This document shows, in pieces, positions 39,765-49,611 of a stretch of 64,000 nucleotides of DNA. A program made the translations under genes and the position numbers. This stretch comes from an uncultured delta proteobacterium (GTDB lineage Bacteria > Desulfobacterota > Binatia > Binatales > Binataceae): contig CAWJET010000002.1 of assembly GCA_963842085.1 (NCBI GenBank), positions 768,001-832,000 on the forward strand, read 5' to 3'. The notes below the pieces were generated by a model. That model saw only the letters and a list, made by a program, of their open reading frames with translations. It did no database searches and had not been told where the DNA came from. How positions within the stretch are numbered: position 1 is the first letter of the stretch; every line of letters starts with the position of its first letter.

Positions 39765-40595
39765 GTGATGCGATTTTCCATGCGACTCCTGCACTTAGAG
39801 ATAGCCACCGGCCTAATAATTGTTCTCGCCGCGAAGCTGTGGTGCGGCTCGATGGCGTGGGCTTATCCGGGCGGGCCGTTGCAGGATGTTACCGACGCAG
39901 CACCGTACTGTGCCGGCTGTCATTCTTCGACCGACGCTAATCAGCTGCGCGACATGCAGGGGCCGCGGAAGCAGCAGATGCTTGCCGCCAGCCACATTTC
40001 CGCGATCAAGGCCGGCCAGGGCAACTATTCGAAACTTACTCTCGAGCAGCGAAACCAACTCGCCGCCGACGTTGAGAAGGTTGATGACAACGCCAAGGTC
40101 TCCATCGACGTTCCTGCGGTCGTGAGTCGCGGAGCGGATTTCGCGGCCCGCGTCGAAGCGCAAGGCGGCTCCGGACCAGTGGTTGGGCTAATGCTGCTGG
40201 ATGGGGACCTGCGCAACCAGTCGCGGGCCATCGAGGCCGAAGGTTTTACGATCGTTGGAGCGCCGGGAGTCATTGGCCCCGACGGAAAGCCGCAAGAGCA
40301 GTGGGAGGCTCGCCGCTACGACGATCTCGCGCGCAATTTGAATTTCCTAGTGGTGTTCGCAGTCAAGGCTGATCTTGCAACGAATCAGTTCTCGACCTCG
40401 AAGGTTACCTACAATTTGACCGCGCCGTCGAAGCCCGGAAGGTACACGATGTGCGCAGCATTTCTGTACGGGACCGAGAAAGCATCGCCGATCGGACGCG
40501 TCGAAATGCACGGACAAATCCTGCCCCTGGGCGGCTACGCTGGTGCTTCGGGTCGAATAAGATTTTCCGAACTGAAGACGATCGAAGTGCGTTAA
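39765..40595 (+). CDS. Secreted protein with a single CxxCH heme-binding motif
   Basis: Signal peptide ending AWA; YCAGCH; beta-rich C-terminus. Confidence 0.7.
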   Translation: MMRFSMRLLHLEIATGLIIVLAAKLWCGSMAWAYPGGPLQDVTDAAPYCAGCHSSTDANQLRDMQGPRKQQMLAASHISAIKAGQGNYSKLTLEQRNQLAADVEKVDDNAKVSIDVPAVVSRGADFAARVEAQGGSGPVVGLMLLDGDLRNQSRAIEAEGFTIVGAPGVIGPDGKPQEQWEARRYDDLARNLNFLVVFAVKADLATNQFSTSKVTYNLTAPSKPGRYTMCAAFLYGTEKASPIGRVEMHGQILPLGGYAGASGRIRFSELKTIEVR

Positions 40596-40768
40596 TCCAA
40601 CCGCCACCTCCACATGATCGCGTCTAAATCGAAGGCACGCCGTACCACGGTTGAATCGGGTGCGTCGTCACTCAAGCCCGCCTCTTCCGCAGTGAACACT
40701 CGTTTTCGCGGGAAGCAGTCTTTGGCTTTTTGCACGTCCCAGTCCAGAAGGAATTTGTAGCCCTGCAT
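40592..40768 (-). pseudogene. Possible truncated DUF5615/PIN-like toxin fragment (58 aa)
   Basis: MQGYKFLLDWDV...TAEEAGLSDDAPD..V...A resembles the DUF5615 N-terminus. Confidence 0.35.
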
Positions 40769-40871
40769 CTCAGGTTCGCTTCAGAGTAGTCGTGTGACCT
40801 TGAGGCCGTTGCTGAGCATCCAGACCTGCTCGATCCTGTCCGGCCTCGCTAATTGAGCAAGCGCTTGCTCG

Positions 40872-41378
40872 ATGACCCGAACTCCGTGGGCGGATGCGAT
40901 GGCCGGCGATCTCAAGGGCGGCATCGCCCGGATGCGAGAGGGAGGAATGATGGCTTTTGGGGTAAAGGAGGATCAGGTCTCATCACCCCCGATTGCCGCC
41001 GTCCTCGGCCTGATGGGACGGTTCGAGGAGGGTCTTCGCATCATCGACAAGTCATCCTCGACCATCGAGCGGACCGGCCAGCGAATACATGAGGCGGAGG
41101 TATATCGCGTGAAGGGCGAACTGCTGCTGATGCAGGACGCCTCGAATGCCGCGCCCGCCGAGCAATGCTTCCGCACCGCGATCGAGGTTTCGCTACGCCA
41201 GAAGGCGAAGTCATGGGAGCTGCGCGCGGCGACGAGTCTGGCGCGCCTGCTAGACCAGCAAGGCAAGCGCGACGAAGCCCGCGCGATGCTCGCTGGCATC
41301 TACAACTGGTTCACCGAAGGCTTCGACACCGCCGACTTGAAGGACGCCAAGGCCCTGCTCGATGAGTTGAACGACTAA
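40872..41378 (+). pseudogene. C-terminal TPR fragment of an adenylate cyclase/ATPase-type protein
   Basis: EAE.YR.KGELL, AKSWELRAA.SLARL, WFTEGFDT.DL..AK; N-terminal domains missing. Confidence 0.8.
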
Positions 41379-41499
41379 ATGTCTTGTGCGCACTGTCGGC
41401 GCGGCCCAGCCGTAGGTTGCATTAGCTCGGACTGTTGGTAGTTTGAGCGGGTAGTAAATGTCGGGCGGCGAAACGCGAGCCGCCCGCTTCTGATCTGTA

Positions 41500-44341
41500 A
41501 TGACTCAGGCCGGCACGGCAACCCTGCTGTTCACCGATCTGGTGAACTCGACCGAGCTTCTCAGCCGGGCCGGCGACGAGCGCGCCCAGCAGATTTTCAG
41601 GGCCCATCACAAGCTGCTGAGCGATGCGGTCGTGGCGCACGGTGGCCACGAGGTCAAGTGGCTCGGCGACGGATTGATGGTTGCGTTCCCATCGGCGGCC
41701 GACGCGGTGCGCTGCGCGATCGCGATGCAACAGAGCGGACGGCGTCCCTTGGCGGGAGCGCGCTTGGGCTTGCGCGCCGGACTGCACGTCGGAGAAGCGC
41801 TGCGCGATGAAGCCGACTACTTCGGGACTGCGGTAGTAGTGGCGCGGCGGCTGTGTGAGCGCGCCGCCGCGGGCCAAATCATCGCGAGCTCGCTGGTGTC
41901 GGGGCTGCTTGCAGGACGTGAGAACTTCAGCTTCCGCGACCTAGGCGCCCTTGAGTTGAAAGGATTCGCGGTACCTGTCCCTGCGTGCGAGGTGCTCTAC
42001 GAGCACGACGAGCCAACCGCGATCCTGCGCCAGATGCCGTTCGTCGGACGCGCGGGCCAGATGGCCCGGCTGGAACACAAGCTTGCAGATGTACGCGCCG
42101 GACGCGGCGGTCTGGTGATGGTCGTTGGCGAGCCGGGTATCGGCAAGACCCGCACGCTCGAGGAATTCGCCGCAAACTCCCGCGCACACGGCGCGCTGGT
42201 GCTGTGGGGGCGCTGTTACGAGGGCGAATGGGCGCCGCCTTACCGCCCCTTTGCGGAGGCGATAACTGAGTACGCGCGCGCCGCCGACACGGAACATCTG
42301 CGCCGTGAGCTCGCTTATGGAGGACCGCCGCTGGCGCGGCTCGTTCCGATCATCCGCGAGCGCATCGCGGACCTCGGCGAACCAGCGCCGCTCCAACCAG
42401 AGGAGGAGCGCTTCCGACTACTCGACGCGGTTTCGCAACTTCTCATCGCCGTGTCCGCACGCACACCATTGGTCCTCGTGCTGGACGATTTGCATTGGGC
42501 GGATCGCGGGACGATCGCGATGCTGCGTCATGTCGCACGCTTCATCGCCCACAATCGTATTTTGGTGATTGGCGCTTACCGCGACGTCGAGCTCGACCGC
42601 CAGCATCCGCTCTCCGACGCGCTCGCCGCGCTCAGGCGCGAGGCCGAATACGAACGTATCAACCTCAAAGGGCTCGACAGTCGCGAGGTCGGAGAACTGC
42701 TCCAGACGGTCACCGACCAGGACGTGCCCGAGCCATTGGTCAAAGCGATCGACGCGGAAACGGAGGGCAACCCGTTCTTCATCCGCGAAGTGCTGTTGCA
42801 TCTGATCGAGGAAGGGAAGATCTCCCGCCAGGACGGCCGCTGGAGGTCGGACCTGGCAATCGAGGAGTTGGGCATTCCCGAGGGCGTGCGGCAGGTGATC
42901 GGACGGCGATTGTCGCGGCTCTCCGACGAGGCGAATCGCGTACTGGCGGCGGCGTCTGCATTCAACGGCGCCTTCCACTTCGGAATCGCCGCGAAAGTAG
43001 CGGGCCTTGACGAGGGCGCGGCCTTGAAGGCGGTGGACGCGGCGCTAGATGCGCAACTGATCCGCCCCGGTACCGAGGCCGACAGTTACGATTTCACCCA
43101 CGCGCTTATCCGCCACACCCTGTACGGCGAAATGAACCCATCCAGGCAGGTCCGGACCCATCGGCAGATCGCGGAGGCTATGGAGGAGTTCTGGGGCGCG
43201 CGAGTTGCTGAGCATGCGGCCGAGGTGGCCTATCAATATTCGCGCAGCGCGGCGCTTCCGGGCGCCGAGCGCGGCGCGGTTCACGCGATCGCGGCCGCGG
43301 ATCGGGCGGAGGCTGCCTATGCCCATGATGATGTCGCCGCCTTCTTCAAAATCGCGCTCGAGCTGTTGCCGCAAACGGACTCGCGGCGGCCGCGCGTGCT
43401 CGGTCGCCTCGGACTTACGCTCGCATGGATGCTGGAATCCGAGGAGGCTCTGAAGATCGCCGGCCAGGCGGGAGATCTAATCGCAGCTTCGGAAGGAAAC
43501 GCGGCAGCAGCCAACTATCTTGCGGAGGCTACGGAAGCGATGGGTCAGGCGGGGTTCTTCCGTGAAGCTGGCGCTCTGGCGGTTCAAGGGCTTCGATACA
43601 CGGGTGATCGCCGAGACAACACCTGGGCAATATTGACGGCGCGGGACCTGACACGCGAGGAGTCCGAGAGCCCTGACTACATGGGACTCCCATTGGACTC
43701 GCCTCGCCGGCGGGAGTTGTACGAGTTTGTACGCAACCGAAGAGCGGAGGCCATGCACTTTTACGGCCTTATGGCGTTCCGATCCCGCGATGAAGTTCTG
43801 GCCGGTGCCGCCGCCGATTCCATTGATTCCACCAGCCTCCCTTGGGCGCTAACCTTCGCCGCCGGCGAATACCGCCGCGCCTTGCCGCTCTGGCAAGAGC
43901 GAGCCGCTCGCAGCGAGAGGCAGGGACGAATTGCCGTGGCCGTCGAGGGCTGGGCGCAGGCCGCGCGCTGCCTCAATGCGCTCGGCGATCTCGCGGCGGC
44001 GCGGGCAGCCTACCAGAAGGAGAGAACCGCGGGCTCACGGCTGACCACCACATCTACGCAGGTTCTGCAGCTCCTAACTGCAAGAGATGAGATGTGGCTG
44101 GCGCTGGACGAGAACTGGGAGAAGGCCATCGCGCCATATGAATCGGGCGCTGAAGAGGGCGTCGAGGTCACTTGGTTCTTGGCAGCATTCCGAGCCGCCC
44201 GCGCCCGCATCTACGCGCATCTGGGAAGGGAGAAGCAAGCGCTCGACTTGTTGAACATGGTCATCGCGCCGCTCGAGCGAGCGCCGGGTTGGGCCCCGAA
44301 TTACACCCGGACCGCTTGCGACGCGGCCTCGACGCTCTGGA
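41500..44341 (+). CDS. Class III nucleotidyl cyclase + AAA (STAND) ATPase + TPR-like repeats; 3' end cut by IS3
   Basis: LFTDLV.ST, GDG, G..V..A.RL; GEPGIGKT, DDLHWAD, GNPFF; homology ends at the IS IR. Confidence 0.88.
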
Positions 44342-44455
44342 TGGAGCTGCCCCGTTTCGGTGGACGGTTTAGGGCTTGGTTTTAGTTCATTGGTTTTGTC
44401 TCGTCGAGAGTTCCGTTTTGATGTTCATCTGGTACCAGCTTTTCGGCCCCAGCCC

Positions 44456-45436
44456 TCACCGATTGGGGCTGGGGCCGGAAAGCGTTATGGAATCTTGATC
44501 CGAGAGCGCGGCGCCGTGCAGCGCGCCGGCCGCCGCGTTGTTCGGCGGCCAAGCGGTGCGCAGAGCGGTCGAGCTCCGCATGCTTTGATTCGGTTCGGCC
44601 CGATAGATTTGTTCGTACTCGAGCGGCGAACGATAGCCGAGGGCGGAGTGGCGGCGGTGCGGATTGTACCAGCCCTCGATGAAGTCGAAGATCGCCATCC
44701 TCGCCTCGACCTGGGTTTTGAAACGGTGGCGGTCGAGCAGCTCGCATTCCAGGGTGGCGAAAAAGCTTTCGCACATCGCGTTGTCGAAACAGTCGCCTAC
44801 CGAACCCATCGAGGCACGCACTCCTGCCTCACGGCAACGCATGCCGAACGCGATCGAGGTGTATTGGGTGCCCTGGTCGGAATGATGGATTACCGTGGTC
44901 GGCCGGCGCTGCCCGAGCGCCATATTGAGCGCTGCCAACACCAGCTCGGTGCGCAGATGATTCTCCATCGCCCACCCAATCACGCGGCGGCTAAACGCGT
45001 CGAGGACAACCGCCAGGTACAGAAAGCCGGCCCAGGTTGGAACATAGGTGATATCGGCGACCCACAGCTGATTGGGCGCCGCCGCGGTGAAGTTACGCTC
45101 GACCAGATCCGGCGCCGGTCGCGCGGCGCGATCGCGAACCGTGGTGGTGATCCACTTGCGCCGGCTGACTCCGTGAAGTCCCGCCGCGCGCATCAGCCGC
45201 GCCACCCGCTTACGTCCGACCGCGATGCCGTCGGCTAACAGCTCGGCATGAATGCGCGGAGCGCCATAGCTGGTGCGCGACCGTTCATGAATCGCGCGAA
45301 TGCGCGCCGTCAATTGCGCGTCGGCCCGAGCCCACGCCGACCGCGGTCGTCTTAGCCACGCCCAGTAGCCGCTGGTGGAGACCTCCAGCACCCGGCACAT
45401 CGTGGCGATTGCGTACATGGCCTGATTCGCGCTCAC
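44456..45436 (-). CDS. IS3 transposase OrfB
   Basis: YG.PRI, W.ADITY, DAFSRR, HSDQG.QY, DNA..ESFF. Confidence 0.93.
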   Translation of the reverse strand: MSANQAMYAIATMCRVLEVSTSGYWAWLRRPRSAWARADAQLTARIRAIHERSRTSYGAPRIHAELLADGIAVGRKRVARLMRAAGLHGVSRRKWITTTVRDRAARPAPDLVERNFTAAAPNQLWVADITYVPTWAGFLYLAVVLDAFSRRVIGWAMENHLRTELVLAALNMALGQRRPTTVIHHSDQGTQYTSIAFGMRCREAGVRASMGSVGDCFDNAMCESFFATLECELLDRHRFKTQVEARMAIFDFIEGWYNPHRRHSALGYRSPLEYEQIYRAEPNQSMRSSTALRTAWPPNNAAAGALHGAALSDQDSITLSGPSPNR

Positions 45437-45747
45437 GAATTGGAACGCCGTGACGGCACTGAGCCGGTCTCCGTGGCGAACCAGGCCGCGGCTTTTGATA
45501 GGATCTCACGCTCTTCGCGCAAAATCCGGTTCTCGCGCCGCAGTCGGCTCAATTCCTCGCGCTCACTTGTGGTCAGGCCATCGTTTCTCACTCCTTCATC
45601 CAGCTCTGCCTGTCTCACCCACTGCCGAATCGACTCTAACGTCGGCTCAAACTCTCGCGCCAATTCCGTCAGCGGCCGGCCTGCGCGCGCCAGTTCGACT
45701 ATCCGCCGCCGATACTCAGCCGGGTATGGTGGATGTGTCTTGGCCAT
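45433..45747 (-). CDS. IS3 transposase OrfA
   Basis: YPAEYRRRIV HTH, leucine zipper, IL.KAAAWF. Confidence 0.92.
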   Translation of the reverse strand: MAKTHPPYPAEYRRRIVELARAGRPLTELAREFEPTLESIRQWVRQAELDEGVRNDGLTTSEREELSRLRRENRILREEREILSKAAAWFATETGSVPSRRSNS

Positions 45748-45804
45748 CGTCTTTCCTCCCTCACTCTCTTCCCCAACACACTCCACGAAACCGGGTCAAC
45801 TCCA

Positions 45805-46830
45805 GAGTATCACACCCGGCCGCTTCGACAGCGGCTTCTCGGCGAGCGTCACCGCGACGGCGTTCTCCGAGATGTAGGCGAGCACGCGGCTGGTGTCCCA
45901 TCCCTCGGCCAGCGCGTCGGCGAGGTCCCAGCCCTTCGCCCACGCGGGGTTGAACCTGACGATCTCGGGGCGCAGACCGACCTCGCGGAAGTACTCCTCG
46001 AGCAGGAACATCGCCTTGCGGCCCTCGGCGTCGGCGTCCGGCCAGAGCACGAGCCGGGGCCGGTTCTCGCCGGCCCCGCGATTCAGGATCGGCCCCCAGT
46101 CGGTGAACTTCGGGCCGATGCGCCTCACGCCGCCGGCCCAGGTGACGCAAATCCAGTCGGGGAGCAGCTGGCGCGCGGCGTCGGCGGTCTTTTCTCCTTC
46201 GACGATGATTAGGGGCGCGTCGTCGCTGAGGGCCAGCAGTTCGAGGCCGTACAGCGGCCGCGGCGCCGGCAGGTCGCGCCAGCGCCACTCCGTCGCGCCG
46301 GTCTGCATGTTCTGGCAGAAGGTCAGCGGCAGCACGTCCTTCGAGCCGTCGGGACGGTCGAACCGGACGCGCCAGCACAGGGGCACGCCGTCCGCGTTCA
46401 GGTAGCACCACATCGCAGTCGGCGCGGCGTCGCCCATGCGGCTCGGGGGCAGGACCGGGAAGTCCTCGGCCGTCATCGGCGCGTAGTCGGGGATCGTGGC
46501 CATCGGGACCCACGGGTTCTGGGTGACGCCGAGCGGCCGGTTCAGGCCGAGCAGGATGCCGAGCTCCTTGCCCGCGTCCTTGTAGGAGAGCTTGTTTATC
46601 GCGGCGAACAGCGAGATCGCGTCGTTGCCGCTGACGCCGGCGCGGGCGAAGTCCGCCCAGGCGCTGGTCCTGATGTTGACCTTGAGCGAGTTGCCCGGCT
46701 CGCCCGCGACGGAGCCGGCGACGAACTCGTTGCCCTCGATCCGGCCGCCGGGAAGCCACTCCTGAAGCAGCGCGGGATAGCGCGCGAGCGCTTCGCGCCG
46801 GATGAGCTCGAACCACTCTCTAGCCGACAT
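45805..46830 (-). pseudogene. Toprim DNA primase of a phage satellite/plasmid type, truncated by IS3
   Basis: WLPGG...G.E, W.DFA, RPLY, VEGEK.ADA, WPD.D..G, KGWD.AD; no helicase domain remains. Confidence 0.85.
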
Positions 46831-46880
46831 CGTGCAACCCCTCTGTCGCCATCTGCGGCCATCTCGCTCTCAGTGAGTTA

Positions 46881-47075
46881 TCACCGCGCCGCCTCGCCGA
46901 CCTTCTTCTCAAGCGCCTCGCGCGCCATCGCTTCAAGCGCTTCCCTCGGAATCCGAATCGCGTTGCCAAACTTTCTCGACGGGACAACGCCCCGGCGCAC
47001 TAGGATGTACGCCATGCTGCGCGAAATCTGCGCCTGCTCGGCGAATTCGCGGACCCGAAGAAAAACCGTCTCCAT
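46881..47075 (-). CDS. Excisionase-family HTH protein
   Basis: FL.V.E.A....ISRS..Y.L...G..P..K.G..IRIP. Confidence 0.85.
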   Translation of the reverse strand: METVFLRVREFAEQAQISRSMAYILVRRGVVPSRKFGNAIRIPREALEAMAREALEKKVGEAAR

Positions 47076-47288
47076 GGGGAACCTCGCTTAGTTACTATTT
47101 GCGATCTTGTAGGGAGGGCTGCATACCGTCAAGCCCCTTATCGCACAAACCCGCCCTCATTCGTCGAAGTTCATCGCGAACATCCCGTTGACATAGCAGA
47201 TTTCCATTGACGTTGAAGGGGTATTGCGTCTAACGGCGGTCCAATTTACAATTAGCCGTAGTTATTTCTGCTGAAGGCCTTAATCCTT

Positions 47289-48062
47289 ATGACAAATCAG
47301 TGGCTGTCCAGTGTCTGGCGAGATGCCGTCCGGCGCTGCGGTCAGAGACCCGACGAACGGGCCGACGCCCTGCTCCGTCTGCTGCAGCGCAAAGGCTTGG
47401 ATTCGCTGAAGGGGGCCGCTCTCGACGCGGCGCTCGCCGACCTCGCCCTGATATGCGTGGTGGGCGGTCGCTACCACCTGCCCGAAGGCCTCGCTGTCCA
47501 GCCCGAGGTCACAGGGCCGCAGGTGGCCGAATTCGCCGACATGACGATGTGGCGGCTGCGCGACCTGCTCAAAAACCGACGGGTACATGTCCCGGTGTCC
47601 CAGATCACGTTAGAGATCGGCTGGAAGGAATCACAAGAGCGCCTAGGGACAATCGTTTTTTGGGCCCGCGACTTCTTGGGGACTTGCAGCCTGGGCGCAT
47701 GGCAACTGCTGGCGGACCATTTGGGCCGGATCCAGACGTGTCAACGGCCTAAGTGCGGCAACTTGTTCGTGGTCCGTAGGCGCAAGGTCTACTGCTCGCC
47801 CCAGTGCGCCGCTAGGGTTCACGTTAAGCGGTTCCTCGACAGTCTAGGACCCGAGGAGCGCGGCTTCATTCGCAGAGCGACTTATCTCCGTCAGCTGCTG
47901 AAACGCGATCGCGTGCATGCTGAGCACTACCTCGCTCGCCTGATGCGCAAGGATCAGAAGACCGCGAGCCGGCTCGCGAAGGAAGTAATTGAAGGGAAAG
48001 CACGGCGACGCTCAACCGTCGTCAAAAAGAGAGGCCACAGAGATGTCAAGATTCAAGGGTGA
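47289..48062 (+). CDS. CGNR-type zinc finger protein, putative element regulator
   Basis: RI.TC..P.C..LF......YCS..C..R; divergent from xis; overlaps the int start. Confidence 0.7.
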   Translation: MTNQWLSSVWRDAVRRCGQRPDERADALLRLLQRKGLDSLKGAALDAALADLALICVVGGRYHLPEGLAVQPEVTGPQVAEFADMTMWRLRDLLKNRRVHVPVSQITLEIGWKESQERLGTIVFWARDFLGTCSLGAWQLLADHLGRIQTCQRPKCGNLFVVRRRKVYCSPQCAARVHVKRFLDSLGPEERGFIRRATYLRQLLKRDRVHAEHYLARLMRKDQKTASRLAKEVIEGKARRRSTVVKKRGHRDVKIQG

Positions 48063-49194
48063 AGGAACAATTTTCCGGCGCCGCGACGGGCGGTGGTGTG
48101 CCCGCATTGACCTCGGTTGGGTCAACGGTAGGCGCAAGCAGAAGTTCTTCTACGCCCACAACCGCGCCGCCGCTGCCGACCTGCTCGTCGAGGCGTTGCA
48201 CAAGCGCAAACAGGGCGAGACGATTCCGACCAATCGCACCACACTCGGCCGATTTATGCAGGGCTGGCTCGAAACGGTCAAAGCAACGCGCAGGCCGCGC
48301 ACCCATCAGCAATATGAGATGCTCAACCGGCTGCACGTCGAGCCAGCTCTCGGGCAAATGCAACTAACGCGGCTGGACGCGCAAGCGGTGCAAGCATTGC
48401 TTGACGCGAAGGTCAAACAGGGTCTCTCCCCTGGCACGGTGCGGCACGTGCGAACCCTGCTACGGCGAGCGCTCAACGTTGCGCTAAAGCGCAAACTCGT
48501 ATCGCTCAACGTGGCCGCGCTCGCTGACGAACTGCCCCCGCGCCGAAAGCCAGAGATCAAACCCCTCACCGAAGAGCAGGTTCGAAGCCTGCTTGTCGCC
48601 GCCCGCGAGCACTATCCACGCTGGGAGGCACTATTCGCGCTCGCTGTCCGCCTCGGTTTGCGGCGCGGTGAACTGGCGGCCCTACGCTGGGACGATGTAA
48701 ATCTCGAACGTCGCGAACTCCGGGTAGCGCAGTCCCTGCAACGCGTCCCCGGCCAGCCGCTCACGAGCGCCGAGCCGAAGACGCAGGGGGCGCGGCGGGT
48801 CATCGTGATGCCGAAGGAGATTATCAAACTCTTGCGCGTCCACCGCGCACGTCAGGCGCAAGAGCGCCTGGTCGCGGGCTCGGAGTGGAACGACAGCGGC
48901 TTGATCTTCGCGAACACAATCGGCAAGCCGCAGGAACCAAGGAGGATCAACACGGTTTTCGACAACCTCAAGAAGAAGGCAGGGCTTCCGGCCTCGACGC
49001 GGGTTCACGACCTCCGACATACCGCCGGAGTGCGCCTGCTCGAACACAAAGTGGCCCTCTACGACGTAAGCCAACTGCTAGGTCATTCTTCGATCGCGAT
49101 CACCGCGGACGTCTACGCGCACTGGACACCGAAGATGCAACGCGACCTCGCCGACCGCATCGACACCATAGCCAACGCCGAGCTGCATCCGTAG
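48043..49194 (+). CDS. Tyrosine recombinase / integrase
   Basis: GEGTI.RR.DGRW arm-binding N-terminus; GLRRGE, PKT, HDLRH, LGH and Y catalytic residues intact. Confidence 0.96.
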   Translation: MSRFKGEGTIFRRRDGRWCARIDLGWVNGRRKQKFFYAHNRAAAADLLVEALHKRKQGETIPTNRTTLGRFMQGWLETVKATRRPRTHQQYEMLNRLHVEPALGQMQLTRLDAQAVQALLDAKVKQGLSPGTVRHVRTLLRRALNVALKRKLVSLNVAALADELPPRRKPEIKPLTEEQVRSLLVAAREHYPRWEALFALAVRLGLRRGELAALRWDDVNLERRELRVAQSLQRVPGQPLTSAEPKTQGARRVIVMPKEIIKLLRVHRARQAQERLVAGSEWNDSGLIFANTIGKPQEPRRINTVFDNLKKKAGLPASTRVHDLRHTAGVRLLEHKVALYDVSQLLGHSSIAITADVYAHWTPKMQRDLADRIDTIANAELHP

Positions 49195-49283
49195 CCCGTT
49201 GGAGCTCCTGTCGAACGCTCGGCTGCGCAAGTTTCGCGACAACCCGCGCAAGTCGCGCAACGCCGCAATTCGCGGCCGCAAAC

Positions 49284-49328
49284 GGTGACGGTGACGATCA
49301 GGTGACGATGGTGACGATGATTTCCCTA
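49284..49328. repeat. Second iteron-like array, inverted relative to 31181-31217
   Basis: GGTGACG four times, then ATGATTTCCCTA. Confidence 0.6.
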
Positions 49329-49362
49329 CTCTCGGACCCTGAGGAAAAGAGAAATACACTGC

Positions 49363-49381
49363 TGACACCCATTTGACACCC
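49363..49381 (+). repeat. Putative integrase arm-type sites (right)
   Basis: TGACACCC twice. Confidence 0.55.
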
Positions 49382-49507
49382 CAAGGTCGGTCAAAAATCG
49401 TTGACTACCCAACCGCAGAATACGCCATGACACGCGAGCGCGCGTAGGCGGACGGGTTTTGAAAGTGGTGACACGCGGTATGCAGCGATGGACAGGTAGG
49501 TAGCGAC

Positions 49508-49540
49508 TCCGAAGTCTGATGCTCTATCCAGTTGAGCTAC
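49508..49540 (-). repeat. att core: displaced 5' half of tRNA-Arg
   Basis: Identical to 30927-30959; identity ends exactly at the edge of the anticodon loop. Confidence 0.92.
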
Positions 49541-49559
49541 AGGCAGCATACCGCCGGTG

Positions 49560-49603
49560 GTGTAACAGTAGATTTGACACCTCGTCCAAAGATTTGTTAC
49601 ACT
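49560..49603 (+). promoter_or_regulatory. sigma70 promoter and operator of higBA
   Basis: TTGACA-N18-TACACT with an extended TG; flanking inverted repeat GTGTAACA...TGTTACAC. Confidence 0.65.
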
Positions 49604-49611
49604 GAGGTTTG

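Larger units (their letters stand above)
44342..45804 (-). mobile_element. IS3-family insertion sequence
   Basis: IRs TGGAGCTGCCCCGTTTCGGTGGA and TGGAGTTGACCCGGTTTCGTGGA; no target duplication. Confidence 0.9.
30927..49540. mobile_element. Tyrosine-integrase island (~18.6 kb) inserted in tRNA-Arg
   Basis: 33-bp perfect direct repeat at 30927-30959 and 49508-49540; integrase adjacent; IS, toxin-antitoxin and defence cargo. Confidence 0.9.

Noticed and set aside
49508-49547. Second tRNA gene
   Set aside because: Only the 5' half is present; there is no T arm or 3' acceptor strand.
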